NCBI GenBank assembly: GCA_038324115.1
Contig: JBBQHQ010000001.1
Coordinates: forward strand, 3,280-67,279
Length of the DNA stretch: 64,000 bases
Direction of reading: 5' to 3'
From: Gaiellales bacterium
Lineage (GTDB): Bacteria > Actinomycetota > Thermoleophilia > Gaiellales > Gaiellaceae
The notes under the pieces were generated by a model. That model saw nothing but the letters and a program-made list of their open reading frames with translations, was not told the origin of the DNA and ran no database searches. Positions 20,863 to 29,371 of this stretch are shown in pieces. The position numbers were made by a program, and so were the translations under genes. Within the stretch, counting starts at the first letter, position 1. Every line of letters starts with the position of its first letter.

Positions 20863-22214
20863 GCGACCTCTTCCGTCTCACCGCCGACGCGGCAGCGCGC
20901 TTCCACGCCACGCTCGACGAGCGACCGGTTCGCGCCATGGCAGGCTTCGCCGAGCTCGTGGACGCCCTCGGCGGCGCGCTCCCCGAGGAGGGAGCGGACG
21001 ACGCGACGGTCGTGGCCGAGCTCGTCGCGGCGGCGGAGCCGGGCGTCGTCGGGTCCCAGACGGGCCGCTACTTCGGCTTCGTGATCGGGAGTGCTCTGCC
21101 GTCGTCCGTCGCCGCCGACTGGCTCGCGACCGCGTGGGACCAGAACGGCTTCTCGGTGGTCACGTCGCCGGCTGCAGCGGCGGTCGAGCAGGTTGCCGCC
21201 AGCTGGCTCGCTGAGCTGCTCCGCCTCCCGGCCGGGATCGCGAGCGGCTTTGTCACGGGCGCACAGGGCGCGAACACGACCGCGCTCGCCGCCGCGCGAC
21301 ACCACGTGCTCGCCGCGGCGGGCTGGGACGTCGCGCGGGACGGCCTCAACGGGGCACCGCGTCTCCGGGTCCTCGCCGGCGCGGAGCGGCACGTGACGAT
21401 CGACCGCTCCCTGCGCCTCCTCGGGCTCGGCACCGCGGCGCTCGAGCTCGTTCCGGCGGACGGCCAGGGGAGGATGAGGTCTGATGCGCTGCGAGACGCG
21501 CTCGCGGGCGGGGACGGGCCGACGATCGTCTGCGCGCAGGCCGGCAACGTCAACACGGGCGCCTTCGACCCGCTGCCGGCGATTGCGGACGCGTGCGAGC
21601 AGGCGTCGGCGTGGCTCCACGTGGACGGGGCGTTCGGGCTCTGGGCGGCGGCGAGCCCGCGCTTCGAGTCGCTGACCGCCGGGTGCGAGCGCGCGGACTC
21701 CTGGGCGACGGACGCGCACAAGTGGCTGAACGTCCCCTACGACTCGGGCATCGTCTTCTGCCGGCACCAGCAGTCGCACGGCGAGGCGATGGCCGTCGCG
21801 GCCAGCTACCTCCAGCGGGCGGACGGGCGCAGCCCCTCCGACTGGGTGCCGGAGTCGTCGCGCCGGGCGCGGGGCTTCGCGGTCTGGGCGGCGCTGCGGG
21901 CGCTCGGCCGGCGCGGTGTCGCCGACCTCGTCGAGCGCTGCTGTGACCACGCGTCTGCGTTCGCCGAGATCCTCGGCGCGGAGGATGGGATCGAGATCCT
22001 GAACGAGGTCGTTCTGAATCAGGTGCTCGTCCGCTTCGGGGACGACGACGAGACGACCCGTGAGGTGGTTCGCCGTGTCCAGGCGGACGGGACGTGCTGG
22101 CTCGGCGCGACCGAATGGCAGGGCCGCGCCGCGATGCGGATCTCGGTCTCGAGCTTCCGCACGACCCGAGCGGACGTCGAGCGCAGCGCAGCCGCGATCC
22201 TGGCCGCGCGTTAG
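20850..22214 (+). CDS. Pyridoxal-dependent (group II) amino-acid decarboxylase family protein
   Basis: PLP-lysine motif DAHKWLNVPYDSG. Fold-type I layout. 13-nt overlap with the NUDIX gene. Confidence 0.75.
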   Translation: MDPVGDLFRLTADAAARFHATLDERPVRAMAGFAELVDALGGALPEEGADDATVVAELVAAAEPGVVGSQTGRYFGFVIGSALPSSVAADWLATAWDQNGFSVVTSPAAAAVEQVAASWLAELLRLPAGIASGFVTGAQGANTTALAAARHHVLAAAGWDVARDGLNGAPRLRVLAGAERHVTIDRSLRLLGLGTAALELVPADGQGRMRSDALRDALAGGDGPTIVCAQAGNVNTGAFDPLPAIADACEQASAWLHVDGAFGLWAAASPRFESLTAGCERADSWATDAHKWLNVPYDSGIVFCRHQQSHGEAMAVAASYLQRADGRSPSDWVPESSRRARGFAVWAALRALGRRGVADLVERCCDHASAFAEILGAEDGIEILNEVVLNQVLVRFGDDDETTREVVRRVQADGTCWLGATEWQGRAAMRISVSSFRTTRADVERSAAAILAAR

Positions 22215-22966
22215 CGCCGGCCGCCGCCGCGGGAGCGCGCCCGGGCGGATGAGACCCGGTGGGCCTCAGCCTCGAGGCGGTCCGGAAGCGGCTCGAGCGT
22301 GGGGGGCTCCCCACCGGTTGCGTGGGCGAGGGCCTGGGCGAGCAGCCAGTCGGCGAGCCACGGGTTTCGGGGAAGCAGCGGGCCGTGGAGGTACGTCCCG
22401 AGCGCCCGGCCCAGGCGGCAGCCCTCGAAGCCCGACTCGCCGTCGTTGCCGAAGCCCGCGACGACCTTGCCGAGCGGAACGGCGCCAGGATCGAGGCGCG
22501 TTCTCCCGGCGTGGTTCTCGAAGCCGGCGATCGTCCGCGGCTCGCCGGGCTCGAGCTCGCACTCGAGGAGGACGTCGCCGATCATCCGGCGCTCGCCTGC
22601 CACGGTGTCGTGCGGGAAGAGCCCGACCCCGGGCATGTCGGCGCCGTCGAGGCCCCGGTAGCCCCGGCCGAGGAGCTGGTAGCCGCCGCAGACCGCCAGC
22701 ACGGCCGCGCCGCCGGCGACCGCAGTCTCGAGCGCAGACCCCTTGGCAGCCAGGTCGGGTGCGATCAGCGCCTGCTCGCGGTCCTGGCCACCGCCGATAT
22801 ACAGCAGGTCGTGCTCGCCGGCGCCGAGGTCGTCGCCGACGCTGACGGGCATGACCTCGAGCTCGTGCCCTCGCAGGTGGGCCCGCCGGTCGAGGACGGC
22901 GATGTTGCCGCGGTCCGCGTAGATGTTCAGGTACTCGGGATAGAGGTGCGCGACCCGGATCCTCAT
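22211..22966 (-). CDS. gatD: Lipid II isoglutaminyl synthase, glutaminase subunit GatD (CobQ/CobB-type GATase)
   Basis: MRIRVAHLYPEYLNIYADRGN and AVCGGYQLLG nucleophile motif. Directly downstream of, and overlapping, murT. Confidence 0.8.
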   Translation of the reverse strand: MRIRVAHLYPEYLNIYADRGNIAVLDRRAHLRGHELEVMPVSVGDDLGAGEHDLLYIGGGQDREQALIAPDLAAKGSALETAVAGGAAVLAVCGGYQLLGRGYRGLDGADMPGVGLFPHDTVAGERRMIGDVLLECELEPGEPRTIAGFENHAGRTRLDPGAVPLGKVVAGFGNDGESGFEGCRLGRALGTYLHGPLLPRNPWLADWLLAQALAHATGGEPPTLEPLPDRLEAEAHRVSSARARSRGGGRR

Positions 22967-24330
22967 GCCGTCTCCCAGTAGGGCCGCGTCAACCCGCGCT
23001 CGGTCACGATCCGCTGCAGGGCCAGCATGGCCGTGTAGGTGAGGAGGACGACGAGCTCGCCGCCGGCCGGCGTCAGCTCGAGACCGCGGTCGAGCGCCCG
23101 TTCGAGCTCGGGCAGCACCTCGAGCGCGGCCTCGTCGAGCCCGCCGTAGGTGCAGCGGAGCGCGAGCTCGGCGGCGCGATCGCCCGACGCGATCACCGTG
23201 TCGACGCGGGCGAGGAGCGGCTCGAAGTCGACGTCCCAGATCCAGGACACGTCCTTCCCGTCCGCGATCGCGTCGTTCAGCGCCACGAGGAGGAGGGAGG
23301 GGGCGCCGCCGTCCTCGAGTGTCCGAATGACCTCGTTCGCGCCCGCCGGGTTCTTGATCAGGAGCACCAGGATCGTCTTCTCGCCGCTCGTGATCCGCTC
23401 AAACCGCCCGAATGCTGCTCCGAAGCGGTTCAGGCCCGCCGCGATCTCCTCAAGGCTCGCGCCGAGCGCTTGGGCGAGCGCGGCCGCACCGACCGCGTTG
23501 TAGACGTTGTAGAGCCCCGGAAGGCGCAGGGAGACCCGGGTCGACCCAGTCGGCGTCTCCAGCAGAAACGACGCGCTCGAGAGCCCGTGCAGCTCGATCT
23601 CGCGGGCCACGACGTCGAGCGGCGGCCGCCGGTGCCCGCACGCGGGGCAGTGGTAATCACCGAGATGCCCCACGTAGGCCGCCGCGAACTCGTAGGGACG
23701 GCCGCAGCGGACGCAGTAGCGCGAGTCGGCGGCGTGCTGAAGCGTGGGCCGCGCATGCTGGGGGTCGTCGAGCCCGAAAACGACGGTGCCGGGGCGGTCG
23801 CGGGCGAGATCGCCGACCTGCGGGTCGTCGCCGTTCACGACGAGCACCGTCTCCTCGGGCAATTCCGCGGCCATCTCCCGCCAACCCTCCGCGACGTGCT
23901 CGAGCTCGCCGTAGCGGTCGAGCTGGTCACGGAAGAGGTTGCCGAGCAGGAGGGCGCGGGGCCGGACGCGCCGGGCGATCTCCGGCAGCGCTGCCTCGTC
24001 CGCCTCCAGGAGGCCGAGTTCGGCATCCCGCTCCGCGAGCAAGGTGGAGGCGATCCCGGAGACGAGGTTGGCGCCGGAGCGGTTCCACGCAAGCGTCGTC
24101 GCGTCGCCGAGGATCTCGGCCACCATCGCGGTCGTCGTCGTCTTCCCATTCGTGGCCGAAACGACCGCCGCTCCCTGAGGCAGGCGGGCCGCCAGCGCGT
24201 CGATCGCACCGGGATCGAGCTTCCAGAGCAGCTTCCCGGGCAAGGTCGTCCCTCCGCCGGCCCCGGCGAGGCGGGACAGACGGGCCGCTGCGCGGGCGGC
24301 GAGCGTTTCGACGGCAAGACGGGTGCTCAT
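22963..24330 (-). CDS. murT: Mur-ligase family protein MurT (lipid II isoglutaminyl synthase subunit)
   Basis: ATG at 24330 gives MSTRLAVE. VSATNGKTTT P-loop, Cys4 ribbon CVRCGRPYEF..YHCPACGH, DUF1727-like C-terminus. Confidence 0.85.
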   Translation of the reverse strand: MSTRLAVETLAARAAARLSRLAGAGGGTTLPGKLLWKLDPGAIDALAARLPQGAAVVSATNGKTTTTAMVAEILGDATTLAWNRSGANLVSGIASTLLAERDAELGLLEADEAALPEIARRVRPRALLLGNLFRDQLDRYGELEHVAEGWREMAAELPEETVLVVNGDDPQVGDLARDRPGTVVFGLDDPQHARPTLQHAADSRYCVRCGRPYEFAAAYVGHLGDYHCPACGHRRPPLDVVAREIELHGLSSASFLLETPTGSTRVSLRLPGLYNVYNAVGAAALAQALGASLEEIAAGLNRFGAAFGRFERITSGEKTILVLLIKNPAGANEVIRTLEDGGAPSLLLVALNDAIADGKDVSWIWDVDFEPLLARVDTVIASGDRAAELALRCTYGGLDEAALEVLPELERALDRGLELTPAGGELVVLLTYTAMLALQRIVTERGLTRPYWETA

Positions 24331-24536
24331 GCGGGTTCGAGCGTAGTTGACCGCCGCGCTCTCCGGTCCCTCCCTCGATCGAGGGAACTTGGCCGGTCCT
24401 GACCCGAAAGGGGGACGTGATCCCCCAGTTCCGCGCATAGGTTCCGCTCGGTTCCACGACTACCGGGAGTCCAGCTGTGGCGTTCGGACTCCGGCATGCA
24501 ATGCGGCTCGCGTCTCGGCGCGAATAGAGGAGAACG

Positions 24537-26312
24537 ATGGGAAGAAAGTCAAGCGGCAACTGCGGGGATGTACGCCAGAGCGCCCTTTGGGGCTCCGGTA
24601 ACCGCGGTGGCGAGCTCCGGTCCAGTGCCCTGTGGGGCAAGGGTGGCCGCGGGCTCCTGACGACCGCTCTCGCTCTCGCACTGGCGATGCCGCTTGCGGC
24701 CTCGGCGGGCGGCGGCAAGAACGGCGGCAAAGGAAACGGCTACGACGGCGCTTCCGCCACCGGTTCGTACGTCTCCGACGGCCTGAAGCTCAAGGCCCAG
24801 AAGGATCCGAAGGCAATCGTCAGCGTCATCATCACGTCCGACGCGGGCACGGCCCAGGCGGACAAGGCGGCGAAGCTCTTCGGCAAGCTCTCGAAGAAGC
24901 TCGACCTCGTCGACGGCGTTGTCGCCGACGTCCCGGTCAAGTACCTGGAGAAGCTGCAGGCGATCCCCGGCCTGACGATCACCGAGAACGCTTCGGTGCG
25001 CGCCCTCGGGTTCACGTCCAATCAGCTCTGGACGCACGAGGCCGGCGTCAGCAAGCTCTGGAGCAACTCGGCGAAGGCGGCGACGATCGCAATCGTCGAC
25101 TCCGGCGTTGACGCCTCGACGCCTGACCTTCTCGGTCGGGTCAAGGAGCAGGTCAACCTCGTCTCGACGGGCAAGCCGAACGCGCCCGGCGACGGACGGG
25201 GCCATGGCACGTTCGTGGCCAGCATCGCGGCCGGCTCGGCTCCGCTCACCGCGGGTGCCGCTCCGACTGCGGACATCGTCTCGGTTGACGTCCTCGACGA
25301 CTCGGGCTCTGGCACGACGGCGGACGTGATCGCCGGCGCGCAGTGGGTCCTGGCCAACAAGGACCGGCTCGGGATCAAGGTCGCGAACTTCTCGCTCCAC
25401 GCGAGCAACGTGACCCACTTCTACAACGACCCGCTCAACCGGGCCGTCGAGAAGCTGTGGTTCGCGGGCGTGACCGTCGTGGCTGCCTCGGGCAACTACG
25501 GCACGGGTGACGTCGCAAGCGGCGTCCGGTATGCGCCGGGCAGCGACCCGTTCGTGATCACGGTCGGTGCGAACGACATCGGCGGCTCCATGTCGACCAA
25601 GGACGACTCGATCGCTCCGTGGTCGGCGTGGGGCAACACTCCGGACGGCTTCCGCAAGCCGGAGATGTGCGCTCCGGGCCGGTACATGATCGGTGCCATT
25701 CCGATGGCGTCGACCCTGGCGGTCCAGCGGGCGGACAAGCTGATCAAGAACCGCCCGGGCTACATCGAGCTCTCCGGGACGTCGTTCTCGTCCCCGGTGG
25801 TTGCCGGTGTGGCGGCTCAGCTCCTCGCGAAGAACCCGTCCTGGACGCCGGATCAGGTGAAGGGCGCGCTCATGCGGGGCGTCAAGCCGGTTCCGAACGC
25901 ACCCAAGACGTCGTGCGGTGTCGGGCAGATCAATGCGGCCAAGTCGGCCTCGACGGTCACCCCGCCCAATCCGAACGCGGGCCTGAACCGGTTCGTCAGC
26001 TCGTTGAGCGGAAGCGGCAAGGCGTTCGACGCGATCGCCTGGACGGATGCCTCGAAGGCGAGCATCGCCTGGGACGACATCGCTTGGAGCGACATCGCCT
26101 GGAGCGACATCGCCTGGAGCGATTCGGCCCAGGAGGATGCGGTCGAGGCTGAGCTCGGTGTCGGCGGCTACGCCGCGACGGATGCCGAGATCGCACTGGC
26201 CGAGCAGACCGGCGACCCCGACGCGGTTCTCGCGCCGACGGCCACGGTCAGCACGACCACGACGACGTCGGTAACAACGGTGAGCACCAGCACGTCGCTC
26301 ACGCTCCCGTAA
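24537..26312 (+). CDS. Secreted S8 (subtilisin-like) serine peptidase with N- and C-terminal Trp-containing short repeats
   Basis: Catalytic motifs AIVDSGVD, GHGTFVAS and SGTSFSSPVVAG. GAGGAG lies 5 nt upstream of the ATG. A hydrophobic signal-like segment at aa 40-57 is preceded by a 39-aa extension. Confidence 0.9.
   Translation: MGRKSSGNCGDVRQSALWGSGNRGGELRSSALWGKGGRGLLTTALALALAMPLAASAGGGKNGGKGNGYDGASATGSYVSDGLKLKAQKDPKAIVSVIITSDAGTAQADKAAKLFGKLSKKLDLVDGVVADVPVKYLEKLQAIPGLTITENASVRALGFTSNQLWTHEAGVSKLWSNSAKAATIAIVDSGVDASTPDLLGRVKEQVNLVSTGKPNAPGDGRGHGTFVASIAAGSAPLTAGAAPTADIVSVDVLDDSGSGTTADVIAGAQWVLANKDRLGIKVANFSLHASNVTHFYNDPLNRAVEKLWFAGVTVVAASGNYGTGDVASGVRYAPGSDPFVITVGANDIGGSMSTKDDSIAPWSAWGNTPDGFRKPEMCAPGRYMIGAIPMASTLAVQRADKLIKNRPGYIELSGTSFSSPVVAGVAAQLLAKNPSWTPDQVKGALMRGVKPVPNAPKTSCGVGQINAAKSASTVTPPNPNAGLNRFVSSLSGSGKAFDAIAWTDASKASIAWDDIAWSDIAWSDIAWSDSAQEDAVEAELGVGGYAATDAEIALAEQTGDPDAVLAPTATVSTTTTTSVTTVSTSTSLTLP
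26061..26120 (+). repeat. 4 x 15-bp in-frame tandem repeat inside the S8 peptidase gene (encodes [SD]IAW[DS] x4)
   Basis: agcatcgcctgggac / gacatcgcttggagc / gacatcgcctggagc / gacatcgcctggagc. The frame was checked against the ORF coordinates. Confidence 0.9.
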
Positions 26313-26327
26313 GGCAGAGACGAGGTG

Positions 26328-26359
26328 CGAGGGGTCGGCCGGCGGCGGCCGACCCCTCG
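26328..26359 (+). terminator. Intrinsic-terminator-like hairpin after the S8 peptidase gene
   Basis: Perfect 14-nt arms CGAGGGGTCGGCCG/CGGCCGACCCCTCG with a 4-nt loop, followed by TTCGTCTCTC, 15 nt after the stop. Confidence 0.65.
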
Positions 26360-26537
26360 TTCGTCTCTCCATTCGGCGTCCGCGCCCTCACGCATCCCGG
26401 GGGGCGGGGTACCGCAAACGGGGGATGACCGGCTGAACGTGCCGATCTACCCTGCATGCGGCCCCCTGGGCCAGAAGAGCTTTCGATCCTGCGGCATCGA
26501 AGGAGTGCGCGGCGACGATGGACAGAGGTAACGCGGC

Positions 26538-29273
26538 ATGGTGAACGGAATCCCGCTCGAGGAGTCCTTCGAGCACGAGGCGCCGAAGCCGGCGAAGAAG
26601 CTGCCTGCGGTCGCGCTCGTCTACTTCGGGCTCATCGCCTGCGTCGCCCTGGCGGCCAGCGTTCCGTTCCTGATGAGGTTGAACGGGGACACGAAGGGCT
26701 GGGTGACGTTCGCGATCCTCGGGGCGAGCTCCGCGCTGGCGCAGTTCTTCGTCGTCCGGACGCCGAGCAACAAGAGCTACCACGCAACCGCCGTCTTCCT
26801 GATCGCGGCTGTCCTGCTTCTGCCGCCCGAGCTCCTGGCGCCCCTCGCGGTCATCCAACACGTTCCCGAGTGGCTCCGCAGCCGCGGCAGCTGGTACACG
26901 CAGTCCTTCAACATCCTCGACTTCACGATCGCCGTCATGGCCTCGTGGGCGGTCGCCCACCAGATTTTGGGGGCGGACGGCCTGATCGGGAACGGCGACA
27001 TCCGCTTCGCGCTCGCAGGGGCCGCTGCGGCGCTCGTGCTCGTCGGCGTCAACTACGCCGTGATCGCACCGATGATCCGCTGGGTCAACGGGCATCCGAT
27101 CCGCCAGGTCTTCTCCTTCCAGACCCTCTCGACGGAGTTCGTCTTCGCCGCGCTCGGGGTCGTCCTCGCGGCGTTCTGGAACGCGAACCCCTGGCTCGTC
27201 CCGTTCGCGATCGCGCCGCTCCTGCTGATCCACCGGGCCCTCTCCGTGCCGCAGCTCCAGGCGGAGGCTCGTGTCGATCCGAAGACCGGCCTCTTCAACG
27301 CCCGTCACTTCGCCGCTGCGCTGACCGAGGAGCTCGGCCGCTCCCAGCGGTTCGACCGGCCGATGTCGCTGATCATGGCCGACCTCGACCTGCTCCGGGA
27401 GATCAACAACACCTACGGCCACCTCGCGGGCGACGCAGTCCTGAAGGGGATCGCCGAGGTCTTCCGCAGCGAGCTGCGCCACTACGACGTCCCCGCCCGT
27501 TTCGGCGGGGAGGAGTTCTCGATTCTCCTGCCCGAGACCTCTGCCGAGAAGGCACTCGAGATCGCCGAGCGGATCCGGCGAGCTGTGGCCGAGAAGGAGT
27601 ACGACGTCGAGACCTCGAGCGAGCCCATCCGCGCAACCGTCTCGATCGGCGTCGCCGCGTACCCACGCGACGCCGAAGACCCGAACGGGCTGATCCATCA
27701 GGCCGACCTCGCGGTCTATCGCGCGAAGCTCCAGGGCCGAAACCGCGTCCTCGGTGCGAGCTCCGAGCCGCTGCTCATGCCGGAGGACCGCACCCAGCGC
27801 CTCGTCTCGGTCCCTGAGGACGGCGACCACCGTGTCCCGCTGGCGCGCGTCCCCGAGTCAGTCCCGCAGGAGGAGCGGCGCCATACCCAGCACACCGTCA
27901 ACGGCCCGCGCTTCCTCCAGCTCTCGGCGCGCCTGGGGATCCTCGTCGGGCTCGTCAGCACTCTCGGCGTCGCGGCCGGCGTCCTCGGCCTCGTGTTCGG
28001 GTCGAGCACCGACGTAATCGGCCTCCTCGCCGTGATCGCGCTCGTCGGTGTGGGGCAGGCCCTCGCGCTCGAGGTCGACGACGGCACCATCTCCGTCAGC
28101 GCCGTCGGCGCGCTCGCCGGCGCCGCACTGTTCGGCACCAGAGCCGCGCTCGCGCTTGCCGTGGCGATCTCCGTGGTCGAGTGGAGCGCGCGGCGCACGC
28201 AGATCCACACCGTGCTCTTCAACGTGGGTGCCCTCTCGCTCGCCTCGCTCGGCGCCGCAGCGGTCTTCACCGCCGGCTACGGCGGCAGCATCGGCGAGCT
28301 CGTGACCGTGATCGCCGGTCTCGTCGCCGGCACGCTCTACTTCGCCGTCAACACAGGCCTGCTCGCACTCGCCCTCGCGGCCGAGGGACGCGAGCGCTGG
28401 TGGAGGATCTGGCACGAGCGCTTCCTCTGGCTCGCACCGCATTACATCGTGTACGGCTTCGTCGGCAGCGTGATCGCGATCGGCTACCACGCAGCGAACC
28501 TCTACGCCCTCGCGGTCTTCGCCGTGCCGCTGCTCCTGATGCGCAAGACCCAGGAGGCCTACCTCTCGCACACCCGCAAGAGCGCCCAGAAGCTCCGCGC
28601 CGCGGCCGAGACCATCCACACCCAGAACGTCTCGCTCGAGCAGGCCAACCGGCTGCTTAAGGAGCGCTCGACCGCCGCGATGGAGAGCCTCTCGGCCACG
28701 GTCGACGCGCGGGACGCCTACACCGCCGGGCACTCGCGCCGGGTGCAGCAGCTCGCCCTCGCGATCGGACGGGAGCTCAACCTCTCGCAGGCCGAGCTCG
28801 ACCTGCTCGGCCATGCGGCGCTCTTCCACGACATCGGCAAGCTGGCGATCCCGGACTCGATCCTGCTCAAGCCCGCGAGCCTGACCGAGGAGGAGTGGGC
28901 GCTCATGCAGCGGCACGCCGACGAGGGGGCACGGATCATCGACCGCCTTGGCTTCCTCAACGACGCCGTTCCCTCGATCCGGCACCACCACGAGCGCTTC
29001 GACGGCGCGGGCTACCCGGACCGGCTCCGCGGGGAGGAGATCCCGCTCGGCGCCCGGATCATTCACGTCGCGGACGCGCTCGACTCGATGCTGACCACCC
29101 GGATCTACCGGGCTGCGCGCCCGCTCGACGAAGCTCTCAGCGAGCTTCGGAATGCCGCCGGGAGCCAGTTCTGCCCCCGCTGCGTGACGGCTCTGGAGCG
29201 GATCCTGCCGCTCGAGACCGTCGGCGACGTCCTGCACCAGCCCGAGCGCACCGCGCTCGTCGCCGTCTCCTAG
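26538..29273 (+). CDS. Integral-membrane bifunctional c-di-GMP protein: TM block 1 - GGDEF - TM block 2 - HD-GYP
   Basis: GGDEF domain with RHYD I-site and GGEEF. HD-GYP domain with HDIGK and HHERFDGAGYP. Two multi-TM blocks precede the respective catalytic domains. Confidence 0.85.
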   Translation: MVNGIPLEESFEHEAPKPAKKLPAVALVYFGLIACVALAASVPFLMRLNGDTKGWVTFAILGASSALAQFFVVRTPSNKSYHATAVFLIAAVLLLPPELLAPLAVIQHVPEWLRSRGSWYTQSFNILDFTIAVMASWAVAHQILGADGLIGNGDIRFALAGAAAALVLVGVNYAVIAPMIRWVNGHPIRQVFSFQTLSTEFVFAALGVVLAAFWNANPWLVPFAIAPLLLIHRALSVPQLQAEARVDPKTGLFNARHFAAALTEELGRSQRFDRPMSLIMADLDLLREINNTYGHLAGDAVLKGIAEVFRSELRHYDVPARFGGEEFSILLPETSAEKALEIAERIRRAVAEKEYDVETSSEPIRATVSIGVAAYPRDAEDPNGLIHQADLAVYRAKLQGRNRVLGASSEPLLMPEDRTQRLVSVPEDGDHRVPLARVPESVPQEERRHTQHTVNGPRFLQLSARLGILVGLVSTLGVAAGVLGLVFGSSTDVIGLLAVIALVGVGQALALEVDDGTISVSAVGALAGAALFGTRAALALAVAISVVEWSARRTQIHTVLFNVGALSLASLGAAAVFTAGYGGSIGELVTVIAGLVAGTLYFAVNTGLLALALAAEGRERWWRIWHERFLWLAPHYIVYGFVGSVIAIGYHAANLYALAVFAVPLLLMRKTQEAYLSHTRKSAQKLRAAAETIHTQNVSLEQANRLLKERSTAAMESLSATVDARDAYTAGHSRRVQQLALAIGRELNLSQAELDLLGHAALFHDIGKLAIPDSILLKPASLTEEEWALMQRHADEGARIIDRLGFLNDAVPSIRHHHERFDGAGYPDRLRGEEIPLGARIIHVADALDSMLTTRIYRAARPLDEALSELRNAAGSQFCPRCVTALERILPLETVGDVLHQPERTALVAVS

Positions 29274-29337
29274 ACGACTCTCGCGCCCCCGGGCCGGCAC
29301 GCAGATTCAGGCCGTGGGCAGCCGCGCTCGCCCGCCC

Positions 29338-29365
29338 TTGCAACTTGCCCAAGATGCTCTACACT
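29338..29365 (+). promoter_or_regulatory. Sigma-70-like promoter TTGCAA-16 nt-TACACT positioned for a leaderless transcript
   Basis: -35 TTGCAA at 29338-29343 and -10 TACACT at 29360-29365. The A of ATG 29372 is exactly 7 nt after the -10. No Shine-Dalgarno. Confidence 0.35.
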
Positions 29366-29371
29366 ACTTGC

